NCBI GenBank assembly: GCA_024228395.1
Contig: JAAETM010000018.1
Coordinates: forward strand, 2,440 to 66,439
DNA: 64,000 nt
Source: a bacterium
GTDB taxonomy: Bacteria; Planctomycetota; UBA1135; GCA-002686595
Direction: 5' to 3'
This document shows positions 1-8,646 of this stretch, one piece after another. The position numbers were made by a program, and so were the translations under genes. The notes below the pieces were generated by a model. It saw nothing but the letters and a program-made list of their open reading frames with translations. It was not told the DNA's origin and made no database searches. Numbering within the stretch: the stretch's first letter is position 1; each line of letters begins with the position of its first letter.

Positions 1-354
1 GACCGGTTGCCCGAGGTGCTAGAAGGGCTAAAAAAATCCTTGGGACCTATGGCCAATATGCTCGATATGTTCCTGACCCCCGAGCGCCTGGTGGATATTC
101 GTAAAACTCTGGTGTGCAAAATTCTGGAGGACAAGGAGTCCCTGACGGTCTCCCTTGAGCAAGCGCTGGAGCAGGGTCTGGACGTGCACAGTCTGGTGGA
201 GACCAAGGTGGCGGAATTCCCTGTGGAGCGGTTGGAGGAATTGATCCTGATGGTGGCGAAAAAGGAGCTGCGAGCCATCGAAATTCTCGGCGGGATACTA
301 GGCGCCGTGATCGGATTATTGCAAGCTGGTATCCTGTCCCTTCTGCCGGCTTAG
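1..354 (+). CDS. DUF445-family membrane protein, C-terminal part (gene begins upstream of the window)
   Basis: Frame-1 ORF is open to the window edge. The C-terminus ...VERLEELILMVAKKELRAIEILGGILGAVIGLLQ with a terminal hydrophobic helix resembles DUF445/YheB-type proteins. TAG stop at 352-354. Confidence 0.55.
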   Translation, partial: DRLPEVLEGLKKSLGPMANMLDMFLTPERLVDIRKTLVCKILEDKESLTVSLEQALEQGLDVHSLVETKVAEFPVERLEELILMVAKKELRAIEILGGILGAVIGLLQAGILSLLPA

Positions 355-402
355 CCCTTGGCATCGACGTCGAAGGTCTTTTAGTACTCACAATCGTTGA
401 TC

Positions 403-2178
403 ATGGAAAAGAGCAAGAACTTGGCCCTTATTGTTACTTTGAGTCTGTTTGGGCTTATATCAGGCTGCGGGGACAAAGAACTTGTGGTCATGGAGGGTCC
501 CACCCCCGCGGAGCAACCTCCGGTTGAGGTGAGCAACGAGCTTCATATTGAGGCGCCCCATCCCAAGCTACGCATTCCCCAGCAGATCGAGCTGCTCAGC
601 GAAAGCCTGACCAATGCGTTCAATGCCTTCGGTGACAAGGTCTTCATCCGCGATTGGGCTGGGCTGAAGGACTTTTTGCACGAGGGCTTCCGGGGCCACG
701 ATGTCTTTGATTTGTCTGTGTTGTCAAAGGAACCCTTGGCCCTGGGTGCCCAGGTCTTCACCGGGGATGTGTCCGGCGCGCCGCTTGTTGGGCGCACGGA
801 GTTCTTGCATTCCTTCGAACTCCGGATCGGTGCCTGGCGTCGGCTGGAGGAGTCGGTGTGGAAGGTGCGTGGTGCGGAATTTGAGCACTCCAAGCAACCC
901 TCATGGGGCCGCGTGGAATGGGCGGCTCACATGGTTGGTTTGAGGGGCGACGGCGGTCGCGAACTGCTCGAGTTCGCTGGTCTGGCGCGTGTGGAGCGCA
1001 GGGCAACCGGTGGGTGGGTGATCACCCATTTGGAAGTGCACGAGGCCGTGGGCACGCGTGGTGGCAAACTATTGTTTGAGGATGTGACCCGCGCTGCAGG
1101 TGTGCACTTCAAAGGTGTGCGCTATGGGAAGCCGGGCAATGACTCCGATGGTTGGAATGGCCTGGCCAGCGCGGATGTGAATGGGGATGGGATCTGGGAT
1201 GTGTTTGTGCCCAGTTCCACCAAGAGTTTCTTGTACCTGGGCCAGAAGGGTGGCGGATTCCGGGAGGCCGGTTCGGAATCGGGTTTGGGTTCTATTTACG
1301 CGGGAACCGGCGCGCTTTTTTTCGACTTCGAGAACGATGGGGATCAGGACCTTTTGGTGGCCCATGTGGGCTGGGAAGAAGGCGGCCTTCGCGAAACGGG
1401 CGGACAAAGCCTGCGAGCCTACAGGAACGATGGCGAGGGGAAGTTTGGGGAAGCCACCGAAATCATGGAACTCGACGAAATCCGCTGCGCGGCATTTGGT
1501 CTGACCGCCCTGGATGCGGATGGGGATGGGTTTGTGGACGTGTACGTGAGTGCGTATGGGCGCATGGGACATCGGCGCAATGATTCATGGAATGAAGCGA
1601 CCAACGGTGAAGCAGACATCTTGTTGCACAATGATGCCGGGAGTGCTTTTGTCGATGTGACCGAAAAATCTGGGATCGAAGATCGGGGTTGGACCTATGG
1701 TGCCGTGGCGGCGGACTTCGACTCCGATGGGGATCAGGACATTTACGCTGTGACGACCTTCGGTTCCAATCACCTGTGGATCAACCGGGGTGATGGTGTG
1801 TTTGATGATCGGGCGAAGGACCAGGGCGTGGCCTTGCGTGGAAATAGTATGGGTGTTTCCGTGGGGGATCCCAATGAGGACGGCCAGCTGGACTTGTTCT
1901 TGACCTGCCCTTCTTCCAATACCGGGCGTCGTATCCTCAAACGTTTTGATGAGGAAGAACGTACCCTGTTGTGGAATGACTTGGCGCGTATGGCGGGGGG
2001 GAATCTACTGTTACAGGGCGACGGAAAAGGAGCATTCGACGTGATCGAAGGCGCTGGAGGAGCGGGCGGAGCGGGTTGGGCTTGGGGTCAAACCCTGGCT
2101 GACTTTGACCTGGATGGACATCAGGATGTCTATTGCGTGAATGGCTTTGTGACCGGGGATATTCCGCGGGACACATGA
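403..2178 (+). CDS. FG-GAP/VCBS-repeat lipoprotein; N-terminal part of a CRTAC1/ASPIC-UnbV-type protein, ending at an in-frame TGA
   Basis: ATG at 403 (TTG at 397 also possible). Lipobox LISGC. Repeated Ca-binding-like FG-GAP motifs (ADVNGDGIWDVFV, LDADGDGFVDVYV, ADFDSDGDQDIYA, DFDLDGHQDVYC). The TGA at 2176-2178 is in the same frame as the next ORF. Confidence 0.75.
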   Translation: MEKSKNLALIVTLSLFGLISGCGDKELVVMEGPTPAEQPPVEVSNELHIEAPHPKLRIPQQIELLSESLTNAFNAFGDKVFIRDWAGLKDFLHEGFRGHDVFDLSVLSKEPLALGAQVFTGDVSGAPLVGRTEFLHSFELRIGAWRRLEESVWKVRGAEFEHSKQPSWGRVEWAAHMVGLRGDGGRELLEFAGLARVERRATGGWVITHLEVHEAVGTRGGKLLFEDVTRAAGVHFKGVRYGKPGNDSDGWNGLASADVNGDGIWDVFVPSSTKSFLYLGQKGGGFREAGSESGLGSIYAGTGALFFDFENDGDQDLLVAHVGWEEGGLRETGGQSLRAYRNDGEGKFGEATEIMELDEIRCAAFGLTALDADGDGFVDVYVSAYGRMGHRRNDSWNEATNGEADILLHNDAGSAFVDVTEKSGIEDRGWTYGAVAADFDSDGDQDIYAVTTFGSNHLWINRGDGVFDDRAKDQGVALRGNSMGVSVGDPNEDGQLDLFLTCPSSNTGRRILKRFDEEERTLLWNDLARMAGGNLLLQGDGKGAFDVIEGAGGAGGAGWAWGQTLADFDLDGHQDVYCVNGFVTGDIPRDT

Positions 2179-2189
2179 AGCGCTTTTTG

Positions 2190-2206
2190 GCGCCACGTGG
2201 TGGCGC
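2190..2206 (+). promoter_or_regulatory. GC hairpin (gcgccac-gtg-gtggcgc) starting 12 nt after the in-frame TGA; SECIS-like or readthrough candidate
   Basis: Perfect 7-bp inverted repeat read directly from the sequence. Its position relative to the UGA is compatible with bacterial SECIS placement, but the stem and loop are small. Confidence 0.25.
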
Positions 2207-3273
2207 AGAGCATGGGGTTGGAGGGTGAGGTGGAAGCACCCAAGCACTTGCACGATGACGAAACGGAAGCATTCCAGCACCCCTGGGTCGTGGAAATGTT
2301 CCGGCGCGGATTTTCCTTCAATGGGAATGAACGCAACCAGCTGTTTTTGGGCGACGGCAACGGTTCCTTTGTGAGCTACTCGGGGTTGGGTGGGGCAGAC
2401 TCGCCCCTGGATGGTCGCGGACTCTTGGCGATGGACTTCGACGACGATTTGGACTTGGATCTATTTGTTCACAATATTCAGCGGGAGCGGCACAACTTGT
2501 ATCGCAACTTGGCTGGTGGCAAGGGCCAGGCGATTAAAGTGCAGCTATTGGCGACCTCCGGCAGTCCTGAAGCTATCGGAGCTAAGGTGGAATTGCGCAT
2601 CGGTTCCCGCCGGTTGACCCAGGTGATGATGCGTGGCGCCGGCTATGCGTCCTGCAGCGCGCCCGAGTTGCTCTTCGGTTTGGGCGCGGAAAAGAGCGGC
2701 GAGTTGGTTGTGTCCTGGCCCTACGGTGAGCCGGAAAGTTTCGGCAAGGTCGAGGCCGGAACCCGATGGTTGCTGAAGCAAGGTGCGGGCAAACCCCAAC
2801 CCTTGCAGGCTCGATCCAACCCCTTACCCGATCCTTGGCCCCCGGGGCTGCGAATCGCCGTGGGGGAACCGCTTCCGCCCTTTGCCGTGGAACTGGCGGA
2901 TGGCAAGCACTTGGTTGTTGATTCAAGCCTGATTCCGCCCGGGGGCACGATGCACCTGAATCTGTGGGCCAGCTATTGCAAGCCCTGCGTGGAGGAGCTG
3001 CCCATTCTGGACAAGCTCCACAAGGAGAAAGGGCAGCTAGTGATGGGCATCAGCCTGGATGGTGGGCAGGCGCGCGACACGGCTCGCAAGCAGCTCGCGG
3101 CTGCCAAGGTCGCATATCCCAATGCCTTCCTGCTGGTGGATGACGAGGGGGCTGGGAAGCAGGTGGATACATTCCTGGATCTTTTTCAACTGATCCTGCC
3201 CACCACTTTGGAAATTGATTCCGATGGGCGTCTGGTGGCGGTGCACCAGGGCCGCATCGATCAGAATCGGTGA
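2197..3273 (+). CDS. FG-GAP + ASPIC/UnbV-like module fused to a TlpA-like thioredoxin domain (CxxC); probable continuation of the 403..2178 gene
   Basis: Same frame as 403..2178, only 18 nt after its TGA. A further FG-GAP unit (LLAMDFDDDLDLDLFVHN) is followed by an ASPIC/UnbV-like segment (IGAKVELRIGSRRLTQVMMRGAGYASCSAPELLFGLG). The C-terminal TlpA-like motif is NLWASYCKPCVEELP. Confidence 0.7.
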   Translation: MVAQSMGLEGEVEAPKHLHDDETEAFQHPWVVEMFRRGFSFNGNERNQLFLGDGNGSFVSYSGLGGADSPLDGRGLLAMDFDDDLDLDLFVHNIQRERHNLYRNLAGGKGQAIKVQLLATSGSPEAIGAKVELRIGSRRLTQVMMRGAGYASCSAPELLFGLGAEKSGELVVSWPYGEPESFGKVEAGTRWLLKQGAGKPQPLQARSNPLPDPWPPGLRIAVGEPLPPFAVELADGKHLVVDSSLIPPGGTMHLNLWASYCKPCVEELPILDKLHKEKGQLVMGISLDGGQARDTARKQLAAAKVAYPNAFLLVDDEGAGKQVDTFLDLFQLILPTTLEIDSDGRLVAVHQGRIDQNR

Positions 3274-3390
3274 CAGACCCCTCGTATTCGTGAGAATTCG
3301 TCGGAGAAGCGGGAAAGGTTCCGCCCATAGGTCCCCTTGGCGAAGTTATGCTCTTGCCACGGGACGTAGAATGCGAAAAAGGAATAGGGA

Positions 3391-4137
3391 ATGAGGAATC
3401 CTCTCCTGCCCCCTGTGCCCGCTCACCCAGACCCCATTGGCATGAACCCTATCAAACTTCTTATCCCTGCTCTCCTGGCCCTGGCCGCCTGCTCTGGTCC
3501 CCAAGGTGCAGCTCTGCACCGCATTGCTCCCGAGGTCAATAGCCGCCGCTACTCCGGTTTGGACCGAATCTCCCCAGGCGACGCCCTGACAATCCGCTTT
3601 CAAAGCAATCCGGAGGCCTGGGACCAGGACGTCATCGTGCAGGCCGATGGAAACGTCTCGCTAAAGGCGCTGGATCCCATGCGCGTGGGCGGAATGCTCC
3701 CCAGTGAGCTGGATGAGGCCCTACGCAGCGCCTATGCCATGATCATCGAAGGTGGTTACCCAGAATTGACCGTTTCGATCGCTATCCAAGCCCCCGATCA
3801 GGCTTACGTGATCGGAGAGGTCAACCAGCCCGGCCCCGTGGAGCTCGGCCCCGATGGCACCTTGACCTTCGTGCAGGCCATCGCCCTGGCAGGTGGCCAC
3901 ATCCAGGAAACCTCCTGGTTGGGCAACATCAGTTTGATCCGCTGGGATCCGACTAGTAACTCGCAAATGAGTTGGATTGTGGACGGTCGCACCAAGTGGT
4001 GGGGTTCCTCGGCGACCATCCACATGCAAGAGCACGATGTGCTCTACGTACCCAACACGCGAATCGACCAGACTGGAATCAACCTGGACAACTGGGTTCG
4101 GCGTATGATCCCTGTTCCTCGTTTTTTGGCACAGTAA
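3391..4137 (+). CDS. Outer-membrane polysaccharide export protein (OPX, Wza-like: Poly_export + SLBB)
   Basis: Lipobox LALAACSG. PGDALTIRF...DGNVSL motif followed by VIGEVNQPGPVEL...TLTFVQAIALAGG (SLBB-like). GGAATAGGGA lies upstream of ATG 3391; ATG 3442 is an alternative start. Confidence 0.8.
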   Translation: MRNPLLPPVPAHPDPIGMNPIKLLIPALLALAACSGPQGAALHRIAPEVNSRRYSGLDRISPGDALTIRFQSNPEAWDQDVIVQADGNVSLKALDPMRVGGMLPSELDEALRSAYAMIIEGGYPELTVSIAIQAPDQAYVIGEVNQPGPVELGPDGTLTFVQAIALAGGHIQETSWLGNISLIRWDPTSNSQMSWIVDGRTKWWGSSATIHMQEHDVLYVPNTRIDQTGINLDNWVRRMIPVPRFLAQ

Positions 4138-4182
4138 GAACGAGGGGGCTTCGGCCCCCGTCCCCAGTGATGGAGAGTTAGC

Positions 4183-5829
4183 ATGAGCGACGACAGTTTT
4201 GACGACGACGTGGAAATGGAAGAAGGTGATTCATCCCCCTTCAACATCAGGGTCTTGCTTCTCTACGGAGCTTGGCGGTCGAAGCATTGGATTGCCCTTT
4301 GCGCGTTGCTTGGAATGGTTGGAGGGTTAGTGGCTGCGGCCTCCATGCCCAATGTATACCAATCGATGGGGCGCATGGACTATCGGCCGGGCGCCAACGA
4401 GGCGCAGACCATGGCCATGGCGGCTGGCGTGGACGATATAAATGTGGGGAGCTATATTCCCGGCATGGGCAACGAGCTCATGATCCTGGACGATTTGGCG
4501 ATATACATGGGGGTGGCCAAGGAGTTGGGCCCTGCCTATGTCTTGGGCAAGCCGGATCCGACCGCAGGTGATGAGGGCGCGAACATTGTGACTCGCTTAT
4601 GGCATGGTTTCCAGAAGACCATGATTGACATGACCCATCGCGGTTTCGAGAAGGGCAATCTGGTCACGGAGAAAGCATTGCTCGGTGCGGCCCTCAGCTT
4701 GAAGGATCGAACGGATTTGTATGTGCCCGTGCGCACGCCAACTTCGATCATCACCGTTTTTTTTGACGGCTACTCCGAGGTGCACGCCCAGAAGACTCTC
4801 GAAGCGATTCTCAAGGCCCTAAAGCAGTTTCACAGGGACAAGTACAAGAGTGAGGACTTCCGCGAAATCGTGCGGGAGAACTATGAGATTCTGCAGGGCA
4901 AGATCACGAGCACCGATGAGGAGATCCAGCAGCATCAGAGGAGCTGTGGCTACCTGGACCTCGAAGGGGAGCGCACGTCATATCTAGAGCAAAAGAGCGC
5001 GGGGAAAATAGCGATCAGTGGCGAGAGGGTCAAAATCGCGAACCTGGAAAGTCGCTTGAAGCAGACCAGGGAAGAGTTGGAAGATGAGGAGCCCATGAAG
5101 GACATCCTTGTGCCGGCGGTGACGGAGATTTCTATCGAGTACCGGGCGCAGCAGTCGTTCTTGCTGGAACAGAAACGTCTTCTAGCGGAGAGGCGGGCGG
5201 CCCGCGGTGTGTCCAAAGGTGACATCAAAGCGCTTGAGCATAGCGTCAAGGAAAACGAGAGAATCCTGAATGACATGGAGCGCCTGACCGAGGTGCAGCC
5301 GGCTCGCATGGAACCCCGGCCCAACGATTATCACAACGACTTGACCACCCGCAAAAGTTTGATTGAGAGCGAGCTTGCTGGCGCCAGGTCGAGCATGGCC
5401 GAGCTTGAGAAGCATGTGAAGACCTGCGACGACCACCTTGAGAGCATGGGGGAGTGCCGTGAACTGCACAGGCAGAAGCTCTCTGAACTGACAGCTTTAC
5501 AGTACGAGCGAGCCGTGGTCAGCAAACAATTGCAAGCTAGTGAGAACCAGCAAGCACTGGTGGATCAGGGACACTCTGCACTCATGATCTTGAGTGAGGC
5601 TACCCTGCCCCGCAACAAGACCGGACCCAAGCGCATCAAGCCCCTGGGCACGGGGATCATGGCCGGCTTGGCCATCGGAATGTTCCTCGCTATCCTGCGG
5701 CAACTACTCGATCCCACTGTGCGCTATCGCGAAACGCTGGAGAAAGAGTTGGATTGCCCGGTGTTGACCGTCGTGCCGGAGACCAAGTCCCTGTACCGAA
5801 TCAAACCCAGCAAAGTCAAGGCCAGCTGA
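4183..5829 (+). CDS. Polysaccharide co-polymerase / chain-length determinant (PCP, Wzz/GumC-like)
   Basis: N-terminal TM (HWIALCALLGMVGGLVAAA), a long coiled-coil periplasmic region and a C-terminal TM (GTGIMAGLAIGMFLAIL). SD-like GGAGAG lies 7 nt upstream. Located between the OPX gene and the kinase-like ATPase gene. Confidence 0.75.
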   Translation: MSDDSFDDDVEMEEGDSSPFNIRVLLLYGAWRSKHWIALCALLGMVGGLVAAASMPNVYQSMGRMDYRPGANEAQTMAMAAGVDDINVGSYIPGMGNELMILDDLAIYMGVAKELGPAYVLGKPDPTAGDEGANIVTRLWHGFQKTMIDMTHRGFEKGNLVTEKALLGAALSLKDRTDLYVPVRTPTSIITVFFDGYSEVHAQKTLEAILKALKQFHRDKYKSEDFREIVRENYEILQGKITSTDEEIQQHQRSCGYLDLEGERTSYLEQKSAGKIAISGERVKIANLESRLKQTREELEDEEPMKDILVPAVTEISIEYRAQQSFLLEQKRLLAERRAARGVSKGDIKALEHSVKENERILNDMERLTEVQPARMEPRPNDYHNDLTTRKSLIESELAGARSSMAELEKHVKTCDDHLESMGECRELHRQKLSELTALQYERAVVSKQLQASENQQALVDQGHSALMILSEATLPRNKTGPKRIKPLGTGIMAGLAIGMFLAILRQLLDPTVRYRETLEKELDCPVLTVVPETKSLYRIKPSKVKAS

Positions 5830-5870
5830 GCCCTTCTCTGGAACCGAGAATCGAAACAAGCAAATCAACA

Positions 5871-6539
5871 ATGGCCACTCATTTTTCAGGCGCGGCAAGT
5901 CCGTTGCAGCAGGCGATCGACACGGTTCAGCCCTTGGCGGAGGATCTTTGGACCCGCGTCTCGGCGGCCCACACGAACCGCAGGATTACGCGCACGCTCT
6001 TCACTTCTGCAGAACGTGGGTCGGGCAATACGGTCCTGGCGGCGGCCTGTGGCATGGGACTGGCGCGCAACCTGCGACAGGAGACCACGGTGGTGGAAAC
6101 CAACTTGTTGCGTCCCGCGTTGTCGACCTACTTGGGTTTGCCAGGGACCCCGGGTCTTTCGGATATGCTGGTGGGCCGTGCGCAGACTTCTGAGTCGCGT
6201 TTCCAGGTGCCAGGCTGCCCTTCGCTTTTTGGCCTACCCGCGGGCTCTCCGCGCCCGGCCGTTCCCGGAGAATTTGCGGACGACCGTGCCCAATCCTTGC
6301 TCGAAGAACTCAGCCGATTGGGCCGCCATGTGATTTTCGATGCTCCGCCTATCACGGAACACCCCGAAGTGCTTTCCCTGTTGGGTTACGTGGATGTGGT
6401 GGTGTTGGTCGTGCGCGCCCGTTCGACCAAAAAAGACCAAACCCAAAAAGCAATCCAGCTCATCCAGGATTCAGGCGTGCCGCTGCTCGGGACTATCTTG
6501 AATAGATTTAAATCCGACAACCCGATGCAGCGGGGCTAG
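5871..6539 (+). CDS. BY-kinase-like (CpsD/CapB/Wzc C-terminal type) P-loop protein with degenerate Walker A and no Tyr cluster
   Basis: LFTSAERGSGNTVLAAA aligns to S..pGeGK[ST] with Lys replaced by Asn. The Walker A' region reads VVETNLLRP instead of DxD. The Walker B-like segment VIFDAPP is kept, as is LLGTILNRF. The C-terminus lacks tyrosines. Start taken at ATG 5871 to avoid overlap with the upstream gene. Confidence 0.7.
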   Translation: MATHFSGAASPLQQAIDTVQPLAEDLWTRVSAAHTNRRITRTLFTSAERGSGNTVLAAACGMGLARNLRQETTVVETNLLRPALSTYLGLPGTPGLSDMLVGRAQTSESRFQVPGCPSLFGLPAGSPRPAVPGEFADDRAQSLLEELSRLGRHVIFDAPPITEHPEVLSLLGYVDVVVLVVRARSTKKDQTQKAIQLIQDSGVPLLGTILNRFKSDNPMQRG

Positions 6540-6594
6540 GAAACCTGGCGATTTGCGATGAGCCGTCTGAAGACCGCGGATTGTCAACGGCCTG

Positions 6595-7800
6595 CTAAAG
6601 CGTCAAAACCTGTGGGTTGAGACCCAGGGCTTGCACGTCTGTTGTGATCTCATCGGTGTAGATTGGGTTCATGATGATGAGCGTTCGAATGGGTCGGCCT
6701 TTGAGCGCGGCGGGGGCAACGATTTCGTGGCCCGTGCCGGCGACGAAGCGACCGTGTTTGTCCGGGTTGATATCGACCACGCAATCGATCCGGTCGTGGT
6801 TCCCCACCGTGGTCAGGAATCCGGTGGCCTTGGACCCCGAGCCCCACAGGGCCACCGTTCCGGGTGGGTGCCCATGGAGCAGTTTGTGCCAGCGTGCGAT
6901 GGTTGCGCAGCAAGTTCCCCTGAAGATCTGTACGGCTTGCAACATCTGCGCCGGGTCCTTGCAAGCCTGATCAGCCGCGCAGGTGCCTGGTTGCGCAAGT
7001 AGGTGCAAGTACTGTCTGCCATACACCAAATCCAAGTCCTTTATCACGAAGCCCGCAGATTCAAAAATCCGACCAAGTGATGCTTCACTGAAGTACGAGC
7101 AGTGCTCGTAATACACATCCCAAAAGGCACCTTCTTTTAAAATGCGCAGGCTATCGGGTACCTCAAAAAAGGTCCAATTGTCCGAACGGGATTCCAGATG
7201 CTTGAAGACCAGGGCCACCAGGTCCTGCACCTTCGGCAAATGTTCCAAGGTATGCCGGCAAAAAATCGCCCGTGCGTCCAACGCCAAATGCTTCTTCGAA
7301 TAGGACTCCTGCAGGAAGCTCAATCCACGTCCGGCTCGCAGGTCCACCCGCCCCGCCGTTGAACTTGGGTCGATTCCAATTCCCCGCGCATCGGCTGCCC
7401 TGCAAAGTTGCTCGAGGAAATCTCCGCGACCGCAGCCAATCTCCACCATCAGCTGGTTCGCGCACTCGCGCCCCTTGAGTAGGCCTTGAATCGTACCTTC
7501 CAGGAACGAGCGGAATGTTCCGGAGCACCCCTGGGTTTCCACGTAGTCCTCGCTGTAGTCAATGCGCGCCGGGTCGAAGAGTTGGTTGAATATGAAGCCG
7601 CAGTGCGCGCACGCGGCCAATTCCAAATCGCCCGTGGGGAAGGCCTTGGCCCGGTCCGCATCTTCCAGGAGAACGCAGGAATGGACCGGGATCCCTTGGA
7701 GCCGGTAGAAACTGTGTGTGTCCGATCCGCCGCAAGCTGGACAGGGGGCGGCAGCTGCGGCGGGAAAGGCCACGTGGGAGGGGAGATCTTGGGGGTCCAT
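6595..7800 (-). CDS. SAM-dependent methyltransferase, Zn-ribbon + class I MTase + C-methyltransferase-type C-terminal domain (MT1)
   Basis: CPACGG...CAHCGF zinc-ribbon pairs and SAM motif I VEIGCGRGDFL. The C-terminal Rossmann-like block VALWGSGSKATGFL...IDINPDKHGRF is typical of TylCIII-type NDP-hexose C-methyltransferases. Confidence 0.75.
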   Translation of the reverse strand: MDPQDLPSHVAFPAAAAAPCPACGGSDTHSFYRLQGIPVHSCVLLEDADRAKAFPTGDLELAACAHCGFIFNQLFDPARIDYSEDYVETQGCSGTFRSFLEGTIQGLLKGRECANQLMVEIGCGRGDFLEQLCRAADARGIGIDPSSTAGRVDLRAGRGLSFLQESYSKKHLALDARAIFCRHTLEHLPKVQDLVALVFKHLESRSDNWTFFEVPDSLRILKEGAFWDVYYEHCSYFSEASLGRIFESAGFVIKDLDLVYGRQYLHLLAQPGTCAADQACKDPAQMLQAVQIFRGTCCATIARWHKLLHGHPPGTVALWGSGSKATGFLTTVGNHDRIDCVVDINPDKHGRFVAGTGHEIVAPAALKGRPIRTLIIMNPIYTDEITTDVQALGLNPQVLTL

Positions 7801-7936
7801 AATCCCGGAAGGGCGGGTGTTTTGTGGGGGCGCGGTGGGGCTGGAGGTGGTATAGGGTATAGAATGCAGGTCCCAAAGTTCCGGTTACAGAGCTTTCCCC
7901 GCGTCCCACCCCGCCCTGGCAGGATATCCTTCCCGC

Positions 7937-8605
7937 ATGCTGTCCTTTCTGCCTGAATTGCCTGCCGATGAGCCCCTCCGGGTTCTGTGTCTCGGTGCCC
8001 ACTGCGACGATGTGGAAATTGGTGCGGGTGGACTTTTACTCGAGCTGATGGGCCGCGAGAGGCCGCTGGAGGTTCACTGGTCGGTGTTCACCTCGGATGG
8101 GGTGCGCAGGGAAGAGGCCCAGGCCAGCGCCGAATGGTTTCTGACCCGGCCGGGCAACCGGTCCGACCCCGCAGCCAGCATAGAGATCCATGACCTGCCT
8201 GCGAGTTTCCTGCCCAGCCACTGGGGGGATTTGAAGGAGGGTTTTTTCGACCTTCGCTCTCGTTTTGATCCGCACCTTGTTCTGACCCATCGCCGCGATG
8301 ACCGTCACCAGGACCATGGTTTGGTTGCTGAGCTTACTTGGAATACCTTTCGGGACCATACGATCTTGGAATATGAAATCGCCAAGTTCGAGGGTGACCT
8401 GGGTCAACCCAATGTGTTCATGTCACTGACAGAAGAAATCGTTTCGCTGAAGATATCGGCCATTCGAAAGTACTTCGCATCCCAGGCGGACAAAACCTGG
8501 TTTGACGAGAGTGCGTTCCGTGCGCTCATGCGCTTGCGCGGAATCGAATGCAATTCGCCTTCCGGTTACGCCGAGGCCTTTCACGCCAGCAAGCTCTGCT
8601 TGTAG
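7937..8605 (+). CDS. PIG-L/LmbE-family deacetylase
   Basis: Motifs LCLGAHCDDVEIGAGG and HRRDDRHQDH. Confidence 0.8.
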   Translation: MLSFLPELPADEPLRVLCLGAHCDDVEIGAGGLLLELMGRERPLEVHWSVFTSDGVRREEAQASAEWFLTRPGNRSDPAASIEIHDLPASFLPSHWGDLKEGFFDLRSRFDPHLVLTHRRDDRHQDHGLVAELTWNTFRDHTILEYEIAKFEGDLGQPNVFMSLTEEIVSLKISAIRKYFASQADKTWFDESAFRALMRLRGIECNSPSGYAEAFHASKLCL

Positions 8606-8646
8606 GGCACTCCCTAGCCTGCACCCCCAACCTTCGCTCAAGTAAA

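Noticed and set aside
2176-2178. Genome-wide reassignment of TGA (code 4/25-like)
   Set aside because: TGA terminates many well-supported genes in this window at positions matching normal family lengths (for example 3271-3273, 5827-5829, 35630-35632, 36088-36090). The organism is also GC-rich, unlike known TGA-recoding lineages.
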